Of a stretch of DNA of 49,187 nt, positions 18,308-28,091 are shown one piece after another. A program made the translations under genes and the position numbers. Numbering within the stretch: the stretch's first letter is position 1; every line of letters begins with the position of its first letter. The notes under the pieces are model-generated. The model was not told the DNA's origin. It saw only the letters and a program-made list of their open reading frames with translations, and made no database searches. The stretch is from an uncultured Methanosarcinales archaeon (lineage in GTDB: Archaea > Nanobdellota > Nanobdellia > Woesearchaeales > JAGLXL01): positions 1 to 49,187 of the forward strand of contig CAYYLB010000002.1 of the NCBI GenBank assembly GCA_964472345.1, given 5' to 3'.

Positions 18308-19093
18308 CTAGTGCAGCTTCATCAGCTTCCGCAGCACCAGGCTGAAGATGAGCGAGAAGATGATGTACAGGCCGAGCCAGCCTGGCTGCCAGCCGAAGAG
18401 GGAAAGGCTGCCGAGGGGCTTGAGCTTCTCGTAATTGATGGAAATCACTTTCACGGGGCTGTTGCGGAATTGCTTTGCCTGCTCAGTGTACTCGCGCTTT
18501 GCGGTGACGAGGACGCTCTTCTCATGGGACTTGCCGTTTACATCAATAAAAAAGAAGTGCTCGCCCGGCTCAACGGCCTTGAGCGCAAACGTGGCGTGCG
18601 GCGGAGCAGGCGGGGACTGGAGAGAGAGGATGGTTGCGTTTGCGGCTCCGACGACTTCAAGGCCAGACTTTGCGGTGAGCGCGGCGGTGCCCTGTGCGCT
18701 CCCGTCGAAGAGCACGTCAACGGTGAACTGGTCGCCCGGCATGATCGGTTCAAATGCAAGATGGGCGCCGAGCCATGCAAGGACGAGGATGGCGGGGATG
18801 AACGTGACGAGCGTCGGCTTGAAGCTGTGCTTCATATATTCCATGTTCTTCGCCATGGCCTCTTTCTGCACCTGCAAGGCCTGCTCGGGATTCCCGCGCA
18901 GCTCGCGCATGCGTGCCTGGGAGCTCTTGAGCTCGGCGCGCAGGCGCCCCATCTCTTCCTGGTCTGTCAGGAGCTTGTAAATCAGCGTGATGAGCAGCGA
19001 CAGCACAAACGAGGCAACGAGCAGTGCGCCGAGAGGACCAAGTGCCAGCAGCGGGTTGAATACCGGATCGGTGATGGTCTGGATGAAGCCCAT
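18308..19093 (-). CDS. EMC3/TMCO1 (DUF106, Oxa1-superfamily) membrane insertase with extracellular insertion
   Basis: TM1, coiled coil, MKHSFKPTLVTFIP, GWLGLYIIFS; canonical position after secY. Confidence 0.9.
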   Translation of the reverse strand: MGFIQTITDPVFNPLLALGPLGALLVASFVLSLLITLIYKLLTDQEEMGRLRAELKSSQARMRELRGNPEQALQVQKEAMAKNMEYMKHSFKPTLVTFIPAILVLAWLGAHLAFEPIMPGDQFTVDVLFDGSAQGTAALTAKSGLEVVGAANATILSLQSPPAPPHATFALKAVEPGEHFFFIDVNGKSHEKSVLVTAKREYTEQAKQFRNSPVKVISINYEKLKPLGSLSLFGWQPGWLGLYIIFSLIFSLVLRKLMKLH

Positions 19094-19103
19094 GATTATT
19101 CAA

Positions 19104-19326
19104 CTTCATCCAAAAATTCGCATTCGCTCAGGTGAGCATCTTCAAAACCCTCGCTTTTTGCTCTCGAAGGCTCTGCGTTCCCGTAGTGTTGGAAACCACC
19201 GCAGTGGTTTCTAACATGCTCAGAAATGCGTGATGCATTTCCGACAGGAGCGACCCCTCGCAACGAGCTTGCTGGTATCATCGCGGGGGTTTTGACCTTA
19301 TGATGCTCACCACTTTTTGGATGAAG
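19104..19326. mobile_element. MITE-like long stem-loop element flanked by a 15-bp direct repeat
   Basis: CTTCATCCAAAAA/TTTTTGGATGAAG, GGTGAGCATC/GATGCTCACC, TCAAAACCC/GGGTTTTGA; core near-identical to 53-138; TGGATGAAGCCCATG at 19080-19094 and 19318-19332. Confidence 0.78.
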
Positions 19327-19333
19327 CCCATGT

Positions 19334-20728
19334 CTATTCGATGAACTTGCGCAGCATGGGATGCATATCCATGGTATGCTGCTTGGCGATCTCCTCGTAG
19401 AGATTATAGATGATCATGACGGCGAGCAGCAGGCCCGTGCCGCTCGTGAGGGTCCCGGTGACATCGGCCACGGCTGCGATGAGGCCAACCGTCGCACCGC
19501 CGAGCACCGTCAGGGGCCAAATATAACGCTTGAGGATGCTTTCCAGAATGCGGGGATCGCGGCGGAAGCCGGGAATCTGCAGGCCGCTTGCGAGAATCTG
19601 CTCTGCCTGCGAGCGCGCGTCCATGTTCGCGGTCTGCATCCAGAAGACGGCAAAGATGACGGATCCGACGACAAGGATGAGCATATAGATCAGCATGATG
19701 GGCAGGGCCCGGAGGAAGCCTGCGGCGCCTGTCGTGACGAGCGTGCTGATGACATCGGGCGGATTGAGCCATGCGACCAGCCCTGAGACAGGAGTCCCGC
19801 CGCTGAAGGTGCCGAGCAGGGGGCGCCCCCAGCTCTCGAGCAGGCGCCCCCAGAGCTGGATGTTCGCGAGCAGTGCCGCAATCAGGATGACGGGGATGTT
19901 TGATGTGTAGAAGAACTTCAAGGGCCAGCGGAAGCCGTAGCCACGGACACGGCCGAAGCTGAGGGGGATTTCCACGCGCATTGACTGCGTGTAGACCGCA
20001 ACCGCAAAGACGGCGACCGTGCTGATCAGCGCAGCAGCCTGCAGGAGGGCAGTCTGCGGGTCGCCCGCGCTGAGGCTCTGGAAAATCGCGGGAATCGCGC
20101 CGCTTGCGATGTCCGGGTTGGTCGGGCTCGGCAGCGGGTTCAGGGCGCGGACAAAAACCTGCTGGGCGACGTTGGCTGCGATGAAGAGGCTGATGCCCGA
20201 GCCGAATCCCCATTTGGAAATCACCTCATCCATGAACATGATAAGGATCCCGCCGATCACGAGCTGGAACACGAGCAGGAGCTGGATCTGCGTGTAGACT
20301 GCGGTGCCTGCGAACTGCTGCGAGGGAGCGAGCCCGCCCATGAAGACATAAATCGCCGCCTCAAAGAGGATGAAAAAAACCGCAAGGGCCTTCTGGACCG
20401 ACTGGAAGCGCGCCCTGCCTTCGTGCGAGCGGAGATCAAACTTCACGATCTGGGCGCCGTTGAGGAGCTGCAGGACAATGGACGCGGTCACCAGCGGACC
20501 GATGCCGAGGCTGATGATGCTTCCGAAGCTTGCTCCGAGGATGACGGAGAGGAACTCAAACTGCTGCAGGGCGTTCTCACCAAGGCCGAAGAGAGGGATC
20601 AGGCCGAGGATGAAGAAAAGAACGAGCGTCGCGAGCGTCCACTTGAGCTTCTCCTTAAATGAGAGCCTGCGCTGGAGCGGGCCCTTGACTTCCGGCAAAT
20701 TCTTCGTGATGCGTTCCCACCAGGACAT
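19334..20728 (-). CDS. secY: preprotein translocase SecY/Sec61alpha
   Basis: LGIGPLVTASIVLQLL, SKWGFGSGISLFIA, KFFYTSNIPVIL, IPGFRRDP, SGTGLLLAV. Confidence 0.98.
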   Translation of the reverse strand: MSWWERITKNLPEVKGPLQRRLSFKEKLKWTLATLVLFFILGLIPLFGLGENALQQFEFLSVILGASFGSIISLGIGPLVTASIVLQLLNGAQIVKFDLRSHEGRARFQSVQKALAVFFILFEAAIYVFMGGLAPSQQFAGTAVYTQIQLLLVFQLVIGGILIMFMDEVISKWGFGSGISLFIAANVAQQVFVRALNPLPSPTNPDIASGAIPAIFQSLSAGDPQTALLQAAALISTVAVFAVAVYTQSMRVEIPLSFGRVRGYGFRWPLKFFYTSNIPVILIAALLANIQLWGRLLESWGRPLLGTFSGGTPVSGLVAWLNPPDVISTLVTTGAAGFLRALPIMLIYMLILVVGSVIFAVFWMQTANMDARSQAEQILASGLQIPGFRRDPRILESILKRYIWPLTVLGGATVGLIAAVADVTGTLTSGTGLLLAVMIIYNLYEEIAKQHTMDMHPMLRKFIE

Positions 20729-20751
20729 TGTACTCGCTCTTGTCTCCTGCA

Positions 20752-21324
20752 CTAGCCGTTTGACGGCACTTGCGGGTTGCTATAAACCTCTCTTTCGCGC
20801 CCGCGCGGAGCCTTGCTTTGCTGGCCGGCGGCGCGGGGGGCGGCACTCACGTTCGCGGCCTTCCCAGCGCTCTTGGACGCGGGCGCCTCGGTGACCTTTC
20901 CGCCGGCTGCCCTTATCTTCTCGGCCGCTTTCTTTGAGCAGTGGACCGACTCGATGTGCAGTTTCGCATGCAACGAGCCGCTGCCGAGGATCTTCGCATA
21001 CGGAAAGGCACCGGGCTGGATGACATAGGCATCATTCACTTTTCTTATCGTTCCGCCCTGCACGAGCGCTTCGAGGCTGCGCTCGAGCGCTTCGAGATTG
21101 ATGGTTTCACCACGGGAATCACGGCGATGCATGGTGAACCCGCGGTGCCCAAGGAGAATCCCGCGCACGATGAACCATTGCTTCTTGTGGGCCGAGCGCT
21201 TGCCACGGCCTGCATTCCCCCTTCCCGAGCGGTTGCCTGCGCCCCGGTGCTTCTTCTTCGAGCCCCAGCCGTGGGTATGGGAGCCGCGCTGGCGGACGTT
21301 CTTTTTTCTCCGGCGGACTACCAT
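20752..21324 (-). CDS. rpl15: 50S ribosomal protein uL15
   Basis: RGSHTHGWGSKKKHRGAGNRSGRG, KILGSG, KIRAAGG. Confidence 0.95.
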   Translation of the reverse strand: MVVRRRKKNVRQRGSHTHGWGSKKKHRGAGNRSGRGNAGRGKRSAHKKQWFIVRGILLGHRGFTMHRRDSRGETINLEALERSLEALVQGGTIRKVNDAYVIQPGAFPYAKILGSGSLHAKLHIESVHCSKKAAEKIRAAGGKVTEAPASKSAGKAANVSAAPRAAGQQSKAPRGREREVYSNPQVPSNG

Positions 21325-21677
21325 GACGGCATCATCCTCCGCATGAGATCATTGATTTTCGCACCGCGGTAGCCGAGCGCGCCGCCGATGGTGAATGGAG
21401 CCTTAATCCCTTTGCGGCCATAGCCGCCGCGCGGGGGCTGGAGGCGAACGACGCCATCGCGCGCATGAGGAGCGAACTGCTTCTCGACTGCGGGATCGAG
21501 GTCGCCCCAGGTTATGAGATCCTTGACCTTGGCGAGCATCCCGAGCGTTGCCGGAGTCCTGTCACGAATGACACAGTGGTTCTTCTGCTGCAGGCGAAGA
21601 AGGCTGAGCGTGCGCCGCATCTCGGGCTGCACATTGATCGTGCTGCGCACCAAAATCGCTGCGATGCGTTCAGGCAT
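21318..21677 (-). CDS. rpl30: 50S ribosomal protein uL30
   Basis: TLSLLRL..NHCV..GMLAKVKDLITWG, RLQPPRGG, GGALGYRG. Confidence 0.95.
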   Translation of the reverse strand: MPERIAAILVRSTINVQPEMRRTLSLLRLQQKNHCVIRDRTPATLGMLAKVKDLITWGDLDPAVEKQFAPHARDGVVRLQPPRGGYGRKGIKAPFTIGGALGYRGAKINDLMRRMMPSW

Positions 21678-22524
21678 GCTGATCCACCTGCGCCTGCGGC
21701 GCTTTCCCTTCACAAAGGCCAACCTCTTCCTGGTCCTGCGGGTTGACTTTCGTGGTGACGAGCCTGTCGAGCGCATCGACGCAGGCGTAGATAAGGTTCA
21801 GCGTGGTGCGGCTCATGCCAAATGCCTTGCTCCAGACATCACGGATGCCTGCGAGACGCAATATTTTCTGAATCTCTGACTGTGCAACGAGGCCTTTGCC
21901 CTTGGGCGCGGGCATGAGGCGCAGGCGAATGGAGCCGCATCTGCCTTCAACCGCATAGGGGATTGAATGGGGTGCCCGGCAGCCGCATTCCCAGCTGCCG
22001 CAGCCACGGCGGATTTTCCTGATGTTGAGCTTCGCGCGGCGCAGCGCCTTTTCGCGCGCGGGGACTGTTTCCTTGCTCTTGCCATAGCCGACTCCGACGT
22101 ACCCGTCCTTATTTCCGACGACTGCGCAGACGGCAAACTTCGGCTTGTTCCCTTCCGCCGTTTTCTTCTGGGTCTGGCGGAACATGCGGCGCTGGCCGCC
22201 GCCGAATTTTCCTTTTGCCTGGCCGATGAGAAGGAGATCATTCTCAAGGCCCGGCAGGAGCACATCGATGATTTCCGGCTCAAAAATCACCTGCCCCTGG
22301 TCGAGGATGGTCTCGATGGAGGCAATGCTGCCCTCTTTCACTTTTTTTCCGAGTGCGGAACGGGGCTGCCAGCGATCACGTGAGGTTGGTTTAGCAGGAG
22401 GAACCTCACCCGCAGCAACCGGCCCGATGATGGGCGCGGCCGCTTCAGCTTCCGGCTGCAACTCCGCGGCAGGAGGCGCGGCGGGAGATGGATTATCCAA
22501 CGGGGCTTTGTTTTCGGGGTTCAT
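21670..22524 (-). CDS. rps5: 30S ribosomal protein uS5
   Basis: VVGNKDGYVGVG, RGCGSWEC, PHSIP, PAPKGKGL, LAGIRDVW. Confidence 0.97.
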   Translation of the reverse strand: MNPENKAPLDNPSPAAPPAAELQPEAEAAAPIIGPVAAGEVPPAKPTSRDRWQPRSALGKKVKEGSIASIETILDQGQVIFEPEIIDVLLPGLENDLLLIGQAKGKFGGGQRRMFRQTQKKTAEGNKPKFAVCAVVGNKDGYVGVGYGKSKETVPAREKALRRAKLNIRKIRRGCGSWECGCRAPHSIPYAVEGRCGSIRLRLMPAPKGKGLVAQSEIQKILRLAGIRDVWSKAFGMSRTTLNLIYACVDALDRLVTTKVNPQDQEEVGLCEGKAPQAQVDQHA

Positions 22525-23078
22525 GGTGCTTCCTCAATATTCTTTTTGATCTTTGCCACGAGCTGCGCGAGCGTGCGCGGATCTATTTTCTTCTGCTGAT
22601 ACTCCGTGAAGCGCGCATGCGGCGCGGCGCCGGCGGCAATGTGCTCCCCCCGGATGCGATCGCCGCTGGGGAGCTGATCCTCCGCCACGGGAACGCCCAC
22701 GCCTGCGTCGAGCAGGCCTTTCACACATGCATAGATGCGGCTTCCCCTTATCGGGGTCCGCGGCCCTGTGTCGAGAATGGCGCGCGTGATGCCCTTCGCG
22801 ACTGCTTTTTTTCCGAGCAGATATCCGGTGAGATAGGCAGCGGGCAGATTGCCCTTGTGGACGGGATAACCCCGCTCATCGAGCGCATGGGAGTGAACCC
22901 CGGCAAGCACGCGATCGCCTTCCGGGCGGTACTCGATGAGCTGTGCAGTGATGTTCCTGAGCGCGGGGCGTATCACCACGCGGGGAGCGCCTGCCTTGAG
23001 CAGCTCGCGCCGCTTGCGGTAATCCGTCCTGCCTTCACGTTTTCTCCGGAATGGGATGGTACGCAGACGCGAGGTCAT
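22521..23078 (-). CDS. rpl18: 50S ribosomal protein uL18
   Basis: RRKREGRTDYRKR, NLPAAYLTG, GLLDAG. Confidence 0.96.
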   Translation of the reverse strand: MTSRLRTIPFRRKREGRTDYRKRRELLKAGAPRVVIRPALRNITAQLIEYRPEGDRVLAGVHSHALDERGYPVHKGNLPAAYLTGYLLGKKAVAKGITRAILDTGPRTPIRGSRIYACVKGLLDAGVGVPVAEDQLPSGDRIRGEHIAAGAAPHARFTEYQQKKIDPRTLAQLVAKIKKNIEEAP

Positions 23079-23524
23079 TTTTTCATCAGCCCCCGCTCAT
23101 CGAGGTAGAGCCGGATATTGCGGACATTGCGGAAAAATCCCCCTTTTGCCTTCGTGTAGAGCGAGCGGTAGGTTTGCTGATCAATGCGGCTTTCTGCGAG
23201 CAGCCCGCGGATCAGCCGGCGCTGGCTGCGGATTTTTGCAATCCACGCCTCTTTCTTATTCAGACGGGCGCCCCGCCGCCCTTTCCTGCTTCCCTGGCCG
23301 CGGCGCTGACCGCGCTGTTTCTTGCGCGCGAACTTCCGGGCGCGCGCCCGCGAGATACCTGCCACAGGGCGCTCGGCGACCGCACCTTCGCCGATCAAGC
23401 CGCGGAGATCAGCTTTCGTGATGGCCTCCTTGATATCGCCGAGCCGTTCCGGATCGAAGCGCACACGGTGGGGCGAGCATTTCAAGAGCTGTGCGGCAAG
23501 CCGGCGCTGGGTGGCAAGGCTCAT
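23075..23524 (-). CDS. rpl19e: 50S ribosomal protein eL19
   Basis: QRRLAAQLLKC, GSRKG, WIAKIR, YTKAKGGFF. Confidence 0.96.
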   Translation of the reverse strand: MSLATQRRLAAQLLKCSPHRVRFDPERLGDIKEAITKADLRGLIGEGAVAERPVAGISRARARKFARKKQRGQRRGQGSRKGRRGARLNKKEAWIAKIRSQRRLIRGLLAESRIDQQTYRSLYTKAKGGFFRNVRNIRLYLDERGLMKK

Positions 23525-24153
23525 GGAGCTATCATCACCTTTTCCGCTTCGCGGCGCTGCTCTTCACGCTGCTGCTTTTCTCCTTCCTTCGGCTGGATGT
23601 CCTTCGACGGAGCGGGCGTTATTGGTGTTATTGCCTGATCGCGTTTCTCCTGCTTCGCCTTGGGCCTGGGCTGCTGCTTTTCTGCTACTGAAGGCCGCTT
23701 CTGTCTCTCAGCACGCCGCCTCTCGGCACGGATCCGCGAACGCTCTTCCCAGGCTTTCTGAATCTGGACGCGCCGGGAGGCCGGGTCCCTGGCATCCATC
23801 AGTGCGAAGCCTTTCTGCTCTGCGATGGTCAGGAGCGCAAGGCGCTTGCGCGTCCCAAGCGACGCCGCGAGTATGAGCGCGTGCCTTTTCGGATCGAGAA
23901 GGCCGACCTCATGCTGGTTATGCACCCGTACGGGTGTGCGACCATCACCGAGGATGCCGCGCAGCGACTGCGGCGTGCGATAGCCAATGCTGACAACATC
24001 GGGATGGCCCTTGCGGTGCTCGCGCATCTTGGAGTGAATGCCCCTCGGCTTACGCCATTTGGCGCCGAGCCTCTTGAACCGGCCGGCGTCCTGCCTCACA
24101 AATGCGGGCTTCCGCCGCTTCATCATTTGGCTTGTTTCGGGATGCGGTTTCAT
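23521..24153 (-). CDS. rpl32e: 50S ribosomal protein eL32 with long C-terminal extension
   Basis: KPAFVRQD..WRKPRGIHSKMR..IGYRTP. Confidence 0.93.
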   Translation of the reverse strand: MKPHPETSQMMKRRKPAFVRQDAGRFKRLGAKWRKPRGIHSKMREHRKGHPDVVSIGYRTPQSLRGILGDGRTPVRVHNQHEVGLLDPKRHALILAASLGTRKRLALLTIAEQKGFALMDARDPASRRVQIQKAWEERSRIRAERRRAERQKRPSVAEKQQPRPKAKQEKRDQAITPITPAPSKDIQPKEGEKQQREEQRREAEKVMIAP

Positions 24154-24155
24154 TT

Positions 24156-24785
24156 TCAGATGATGGGCTTGCCGTCTTTCCTGGTGAGGAAGATCCCATC
24201 CTGGAAGACACGGCGATCGCGGCCCGTGACGCGCGTGAGCAGCTCGATGCGGGATGCGACGCGGCCTGCGAGCTCCTTGTCGCTGCTCTCGACTCGAACG
24301 ACGTCGCCCTCGACCTTGACGACGGCGCCCTCGGGCAATACCAAGGTGCGGGGGGCATTCTCGCCAAGGAAATTCTTGACAATGAATTCCTTGCCTGCCA
24401 CGGAGACATTCATCGGAAAGTGGACGGAGCAAATTTTCAGCTCATAGGTGTGACCCTCGGCAGCGCCCCGGAACATGTTCCTGGCGTGCGCGGCGAGCGT
24501 GTAGAGCTGCTTCTTTTCCCGCTTTGTTGCGCGCGAGCTTTCCATCACCAGCTTGTTGCTTTCCTTGGTGATGCGCACCAGGGGACTCATCAGGGCGCGG
24601 CGTACGGCGCCATGGGGGCCCTTGGTGGCCAGCCCGCCGCCGGACTTCTGATCCACCTCGACCTGGACGCCCTGCGGAAGCTCGAGCTCGAGGCGAAGCC
24701 CCTGGCTGGCTGGTTTGGCTGGTTTGGCTGCTGCGGCTCCCCTGCCGGACTTCCGGTGCCGGCCGCCTTTCATTGCGCTGCTCAT
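24156..24785 (-). CDS. rpl6: 50S ribosomal protein uL6
   Basis: HARNMFRG, HFPMNV, NFLGE, DRRVFQDGIF. Confidence 0.95.
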   Translation of the reverse strand: MSSAMKGGRHRKSGRGAAAAKPAKPASQGLRLELELPQGVQVEVDQKSGGGLATKGPHGAVRRALMSPLVRITKESNKLVMESSRATKREKKQLYTLAAHARNMFRGAAEGHTYELKICSVHFPMNVSVAGKEFIVKNFLGENAPRTLVLPEGAVVKVEGDVVRVESSDKELAGRVASRIELLTRVTGRDRRVFQDGIFLTRKDGKPII

Positions 24786-24808
24786 CGTGGTTTGTGCGAA
24801 ACTGCCTA

Positions 24809-25201
24809 TCAGTAGCAGTAGGCGATAAGTTTCCACCCCCTATTCTGCTGTTTTGCCTCCTCGTTCGTCATGAGGCCCTGTGACGTGGAGAGGATGAGGA
24901 TGCCAAAGCCCTGCGCAGGCAGATAGCGCTTCTCCCATTTCTCCATTTCCGTGACCTTCGTGCTGAAGCGCGGCTTCACCGAGCCGCACTTGTTCATCGT
25001 CCCGAGCAGATGGACCTTGAGCATGCCGCCGCGGCCGTCGTCGAGCTCCTCATACTTGCCGATGTAGAGGTTCTGGTTCATGATCTCAAGGATCCTCTTC
25101 AGCACCTTCGAGACCGGCGCGAGGGTGCATTCTTTCCTTCCGATCCTCTCTGCGTTGAGAATCTTCGACAATGCTGCGGAAAGGGTATCGTTCATGACCA
25201 T
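24809..25201 (-). CDS. rps8: 30S ribosomal protein uS8
   Basis: NKCGSVKPRF, WEKRYLPA, STSQGLMT, LIAYCY. Confidence 0.96.
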   Translation of the reverse strand: MVMNDTLSAALSKILNAERIGRKECTLAPVSKVLKRILEIMNQNLYIGKYEELDDGRGGMLKVHLLGTMNKCGSVKPRFSTKVTEMEKWEKRYLPAQGFGILILSTSQGLMTNEEAKQQNRGWKLIAYCY

Positions 25202-25207
25202 GGTTCA

Positions 25208-25438
25208 TCAACTGTATTTTTTAAAGCCGATCCGTGAGGCGATCTCTCGGAAACACTGGCGGCACAGGCCAATGCCATACTTGCGGATGTGGCCGCCGAC
25301 GCGATTGCAGCGGTGGCAGTGGCGCAGCGCCAATCCGCAGCTCCGCGCCTTCGGCTTGTTCCATTTCTCGTATTTCTTCCATTTGACTGGCTTTGCCTTG
25401 AGCTGGGCGGAGACTTTTCTCCAGTCGCTGGTTGTCAT
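25208..25438 (-). CDS. rps14: 30S ribosomal protein uS14
   Basis: [25 protein letters not shown]. Confidence 0.95.
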   Translation of the reverse strand: MTTSDWRKVSAQLKAKPVKWKKYEKWNKPKARSCGLALRHCHRCNRVGGHIRKYGIGLCRQCFREIASRIGFKKYS

Positions 25439-25977
25439 GAGGATGCCTCCTCCTGCACCATGCGCGTCTGAAAGCGCTCCTGCATGAACTGCATCACGTC
25501 TGCGGGGGTCGTGCGATGGCGCGCGGGAATCGTGCGTGACATGACTTTTCGCCGCTTGATGTGGAAGCCTGCGCGCCCGAGCGTCACCGAAACCTCGAGA
25601 CCCATCATCTTAAGGTCAGGATCATAGCTCACACCCGGAATGTCGATGTATTCCGCGATGCCGAAGGAAAAATTCCCTTCGCGGTCAAACTGCCCGGCAT
25701 TGAGCTTATTGCCCGCAGCCTCGAGCAGCCGCCGGAGCAGCTCTTCGGCAGCCTTGCCCCGGAGCGTGAATTTGCAGCCGATTGCCAGGCCCGGACGGAG
25801 GCCCCAGGCAGGAATGCGCTTATGGGTCATCGTCTTTTGAGGTTCGACACCGGTGATCTTCCTGAGCAGCGCAATGCCTCGCTTGAGCTTTTCCTCGTCC
25901 TTTCCCGCACCGATGTTGAGGGTTATTTTCTCGACCCTAATCTTCCGCATCGGATTTTTCGCTTCGTCTTGGTTCAT
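25435..25977 (-). CDS. rpl5: 50S ribosomal protein uL5
   Basis: [34 protein letters not shown]. Confidence 0.96.
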   Translation of the reverse strand: MNQDEAKNPMRKIRVEKITLNIGAGKDEEKLKRGIALLRKITGVEPQKTMTHKRIPAWGLRPGLAIGCKFTLRGKAAEELLRRLLEAAGNKLNAGQFDREGNFSFGIAEYIDIPGVSYDPDLKMMGLEVSVTLGRAGFHIKRRKVMSRTIPARHRTTPADVMQFMQERFQTRMVQEEASS

Positions 25978-26683
25978 TGGCAATCTCATTGGTGGTTTCA
26001 TTGGTGATCGTTACCAGCGGCCTGGTCTCGCCCACCGCCATCACATACTCCTTGAGGGTTTCTATCACGCTGTGCTGTGCATCTTCATACATCACTCTTG
26101 CCCCTTTGAGCTGCTGCATGGACCCATGGCTGCCGCGGCGCTTCCCTTCCACCACATAGAGCGGAGCATTCGGCACGAGCCTGAGCACCTTGGTGAGGGT
26201 GCCCTGGGGGAGCGCCAGCACGACACTATCGCCAACATTCGGGGCATTGTCGGTGAGCAGCGTTCTCCCGTCATGCAGTGTCACCTGTATTTTCCCCCCC
26301 CGGATGACCTGCTTTCGCATAATGCGGCACACCTTCACCGCCTGTTCCTGCGCGGGGATGGGGACGAGCTGCAGGCGCCCTTTCCCGTCGAACAGGACGC
26401 GGTAGCATTCATTGAGCAAGGGGATGCCCACCACATCGAAGAGGCCGATGGCCTGGCGCAGATCGTGCGCGGCGGCACCGTCGACGAGGACACTTTTTGC
26501 CCTCAGGATCTTTTTCCCTTCGCGCGCAGACTGCACCTTGCCAAGCACGTCGCGCAGGATGACAATAAGGGGAAGCGAGCGGCGGAGCGGGTGGCGGCCG
26601 GGACTCGGGCGAGAGATGAACGTGCCGGCCTTGCGGCTGAGATTCCAGGTCCGCGGCGCACGCAGGCGCTTGAGATGGCTCAT
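25937..26683 (-). CDS. rps4e: 30S ribosomal protein eS4
   Basis: HLKRLRAPRTW, RPSPGRH, IGLFDVV, LHDGRT. Confidence 0.95.
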   Translation of the reverse strand: MSHLKRLRAPRTWNLSRKAGTFISRPSPGRHPLRRSLPLIVILRDVLGKVQSAREGKKILRAKSVLVDGAAAHDLRQAIGLFDVVGIPLLNECYRVLFDGKGRLQLVPIPAQEQAVKVCRIMRKQVIRGGKIQVTLHDGRTLLTDNAPNVGDSVVLALPQGTLTKVLRLVPNAPLYVVEGKRRGSHGSMQQLKGARVMYEDAQHSVIETLKEYVMAVGETRPLVTITNETTNEIANEPRRSEKSDAED

Positions 26684-27087
26684 GGCGCTGCTTCCCTCAT
26701 TTCCGCTCCTGGGTTCGCCCCGAGCTTCTGTTTCCTGAGCTTGTCGCTGAAATCAAGCTCGATGATCATGACGTTTGACGGGTGAATCGGCGCGAGGAGC
26801 TTCGCTCCGTCTTTCTTGGTGCGCTCGATGCCGGTGAGCTCGAGACGCTCGTTGCGATAGTCGACGCGCTCCACTTTTGCCTCCTTGGAGCGCGCGTGGC
26901 CGCGCATGACCCTCACCCTATCGCCACGCCGGACCGTGAGCGAGCGCCTGCGGTATTTCTTCCGCAGCTCCTTTGAGAGCGCGGCGTGCATGAGCTTCCG
27001 CCGCAGGTGGAGCGGGAGCCTGGCCCGATACTTGCGCTGCTTGCGCGGGCTTGCGCTTGCCTTCCACGAGGGTGAAAATGGTTTCAT
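26680..27087 (-). CDS. rpl24: 50S ribosomal protein uL24
   Basis: PRKQRKY, LSKELRKKY, GDRVRVMRG, IHPSNVMI. Confidence 0.96.
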   Translation of the reverse strand: MKPFSPSWKASASPRKQRKYRARLPLHLRRKLMHAALSKELRKKYRRRSLTVRRGDRVRVMRGHARSKEAKVERVDYRNERLELTGIERTKKDGAKLLAPIHPSNVMIIELDFSDKLRKQKLGANPGAEMREAAP

Positions 27088-27094
27088 GGTGCAC

Positions 27095-27496
27095 CTAGAC
27101 GATGATGCTTGCGAGGCGTGCGACGCCCGGCCAGCGATCCGCTGCCTCCTTTGCTATGGGGCCCTTAATCATCGTCCCCTTGGGATTGCCATCCTCGTCC
27201 TTCAAGACGACCAGCGCGTTGTCCTCGAACTTGACGCGGAGGCCGTCACGCCGCCGGTATTCTTTCCGCTGCCGCACGATGATGCCGAGCACCACCTGCT
27301 TCTTCATGTCCGGGCGGCCGCGCTTGACGCTGGCGAGGACCATGTCCCCGATCCCCGCGGCCTGAATACGGCCCTTGACGGTGTTATGGCCTTTCACCCC
27401 GAAAATCCGGACGATTTTTGCGCCGGAGTTATCGCAGGCCGGGACGTACGCGCCGAAAGGAATTCCCCGCGCGAGACGTGCCTTAATCGCCTTCAT
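27095..27496 (-). CDS. rpl14: 50S ribosomal protein uL14
   Basis: CDNSGAK, FEDNA, PKGTMIKGPIAKEAA. Confidence 0.97.
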   Translation of the reverse strand: MKAIKARLARGIPFGAYVPACDNSGAKIVRIFGVKGHNTVKGRIQAAGIGDMVLASVKRGRPDMKKQVVLGIIVRQRKEYRRRDGLRVKFEDNALVVLKDEDGNPKGTMIKGPIAKEAADRWPGVARLASIIV

Positions 27497-27831
27497 GGGG
27501 ACTTCCGCCTGAGCACTTCGACAATGACAAAGTGCTTGGTCTTGCTGAGGGGGCGCGTGCGCCTGACGCGCACGGTGTCGCCGACCGCCGAGGCGATGCA
27601 GGAAGGATTATGCACATGCATGCGCGAGCGGCGGCGCTCGTAGCGCTCGTACTTCGGGAGATAAAACTGGCGCTCCCATTCGATGGTCGCACTGTTATGG
27701 GAATCTTTCCTGATGACCGCGCCAACGTGCTCTTCGTTCTTCACCAACAGCGCACCGTGCAGGGGGCATTTCTTGTCAGCGCACGCCGCCTGCGATGCGG
27801 GTGCTGCACGCGTGACCGCCTGTTTTTTCAT
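27493..27831 (-). CDS. rps17: 30S ribosomal protein uS17
   Basis: CADKKCPLHG, KYERYERRRS, RPLSKTKHF. Confidence 0.96.
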   Translation of the reverse strand: MKKQAVTRAAPASQAACADKKCPLHGALLVKNEEHVGAVIRKDSHNSATIEWERQFYLPKYERYERRRSRMHVHNPSCIASAVGDTVRVRRTRPLSKTKHFVIVEVLRRKSP

Positions 27832-28091
27832 AAGCGCTCCTCCGGTCTCCTCATCAGCTGAGCAGCAGTGATGGCACGCTGCTCCTGCCGCCCCGCAAGC
27901 TTCAGGGCGAGGCCGGCCTTGTGAATGCGCTTCCGCACGCCGTGGCGCTCAACAAGGAGAGTGTATTTCGTCTCATCGAGGACCTTTACGAGCGCATTCG
28001 CGAGCGCAGGGTGCCGCGAGGCGGTAATGCAGATGCTCTTCCCTATCAGCTCTCCGTGGTATATCTTGGGTTTCATGGCTGTCCTGCTCAT
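27828..28091 (-). CDS. rnp1: ribonuclease P protein subunit Rpp29
   Basis: ELIGK..V.DETKYTL..RPEERL; conserved position between SUI1 and rps17. Confidence 0.88.
   Translation of the reverse strand: MSRTAMKPKIYHGELIGKSICITASRHPALANALVKVLDETKYTLLVERHGVRKRIHKAGLALKLAGRQEQRAITAAQLMRRPEERL

Noticed and set aside
19096..19281. 61-aa ORF between secY and DUF106 as an adk remnant
   Set aside because: No P-loop or adenylate kinase similarity; it lies wholly within the repeat element.
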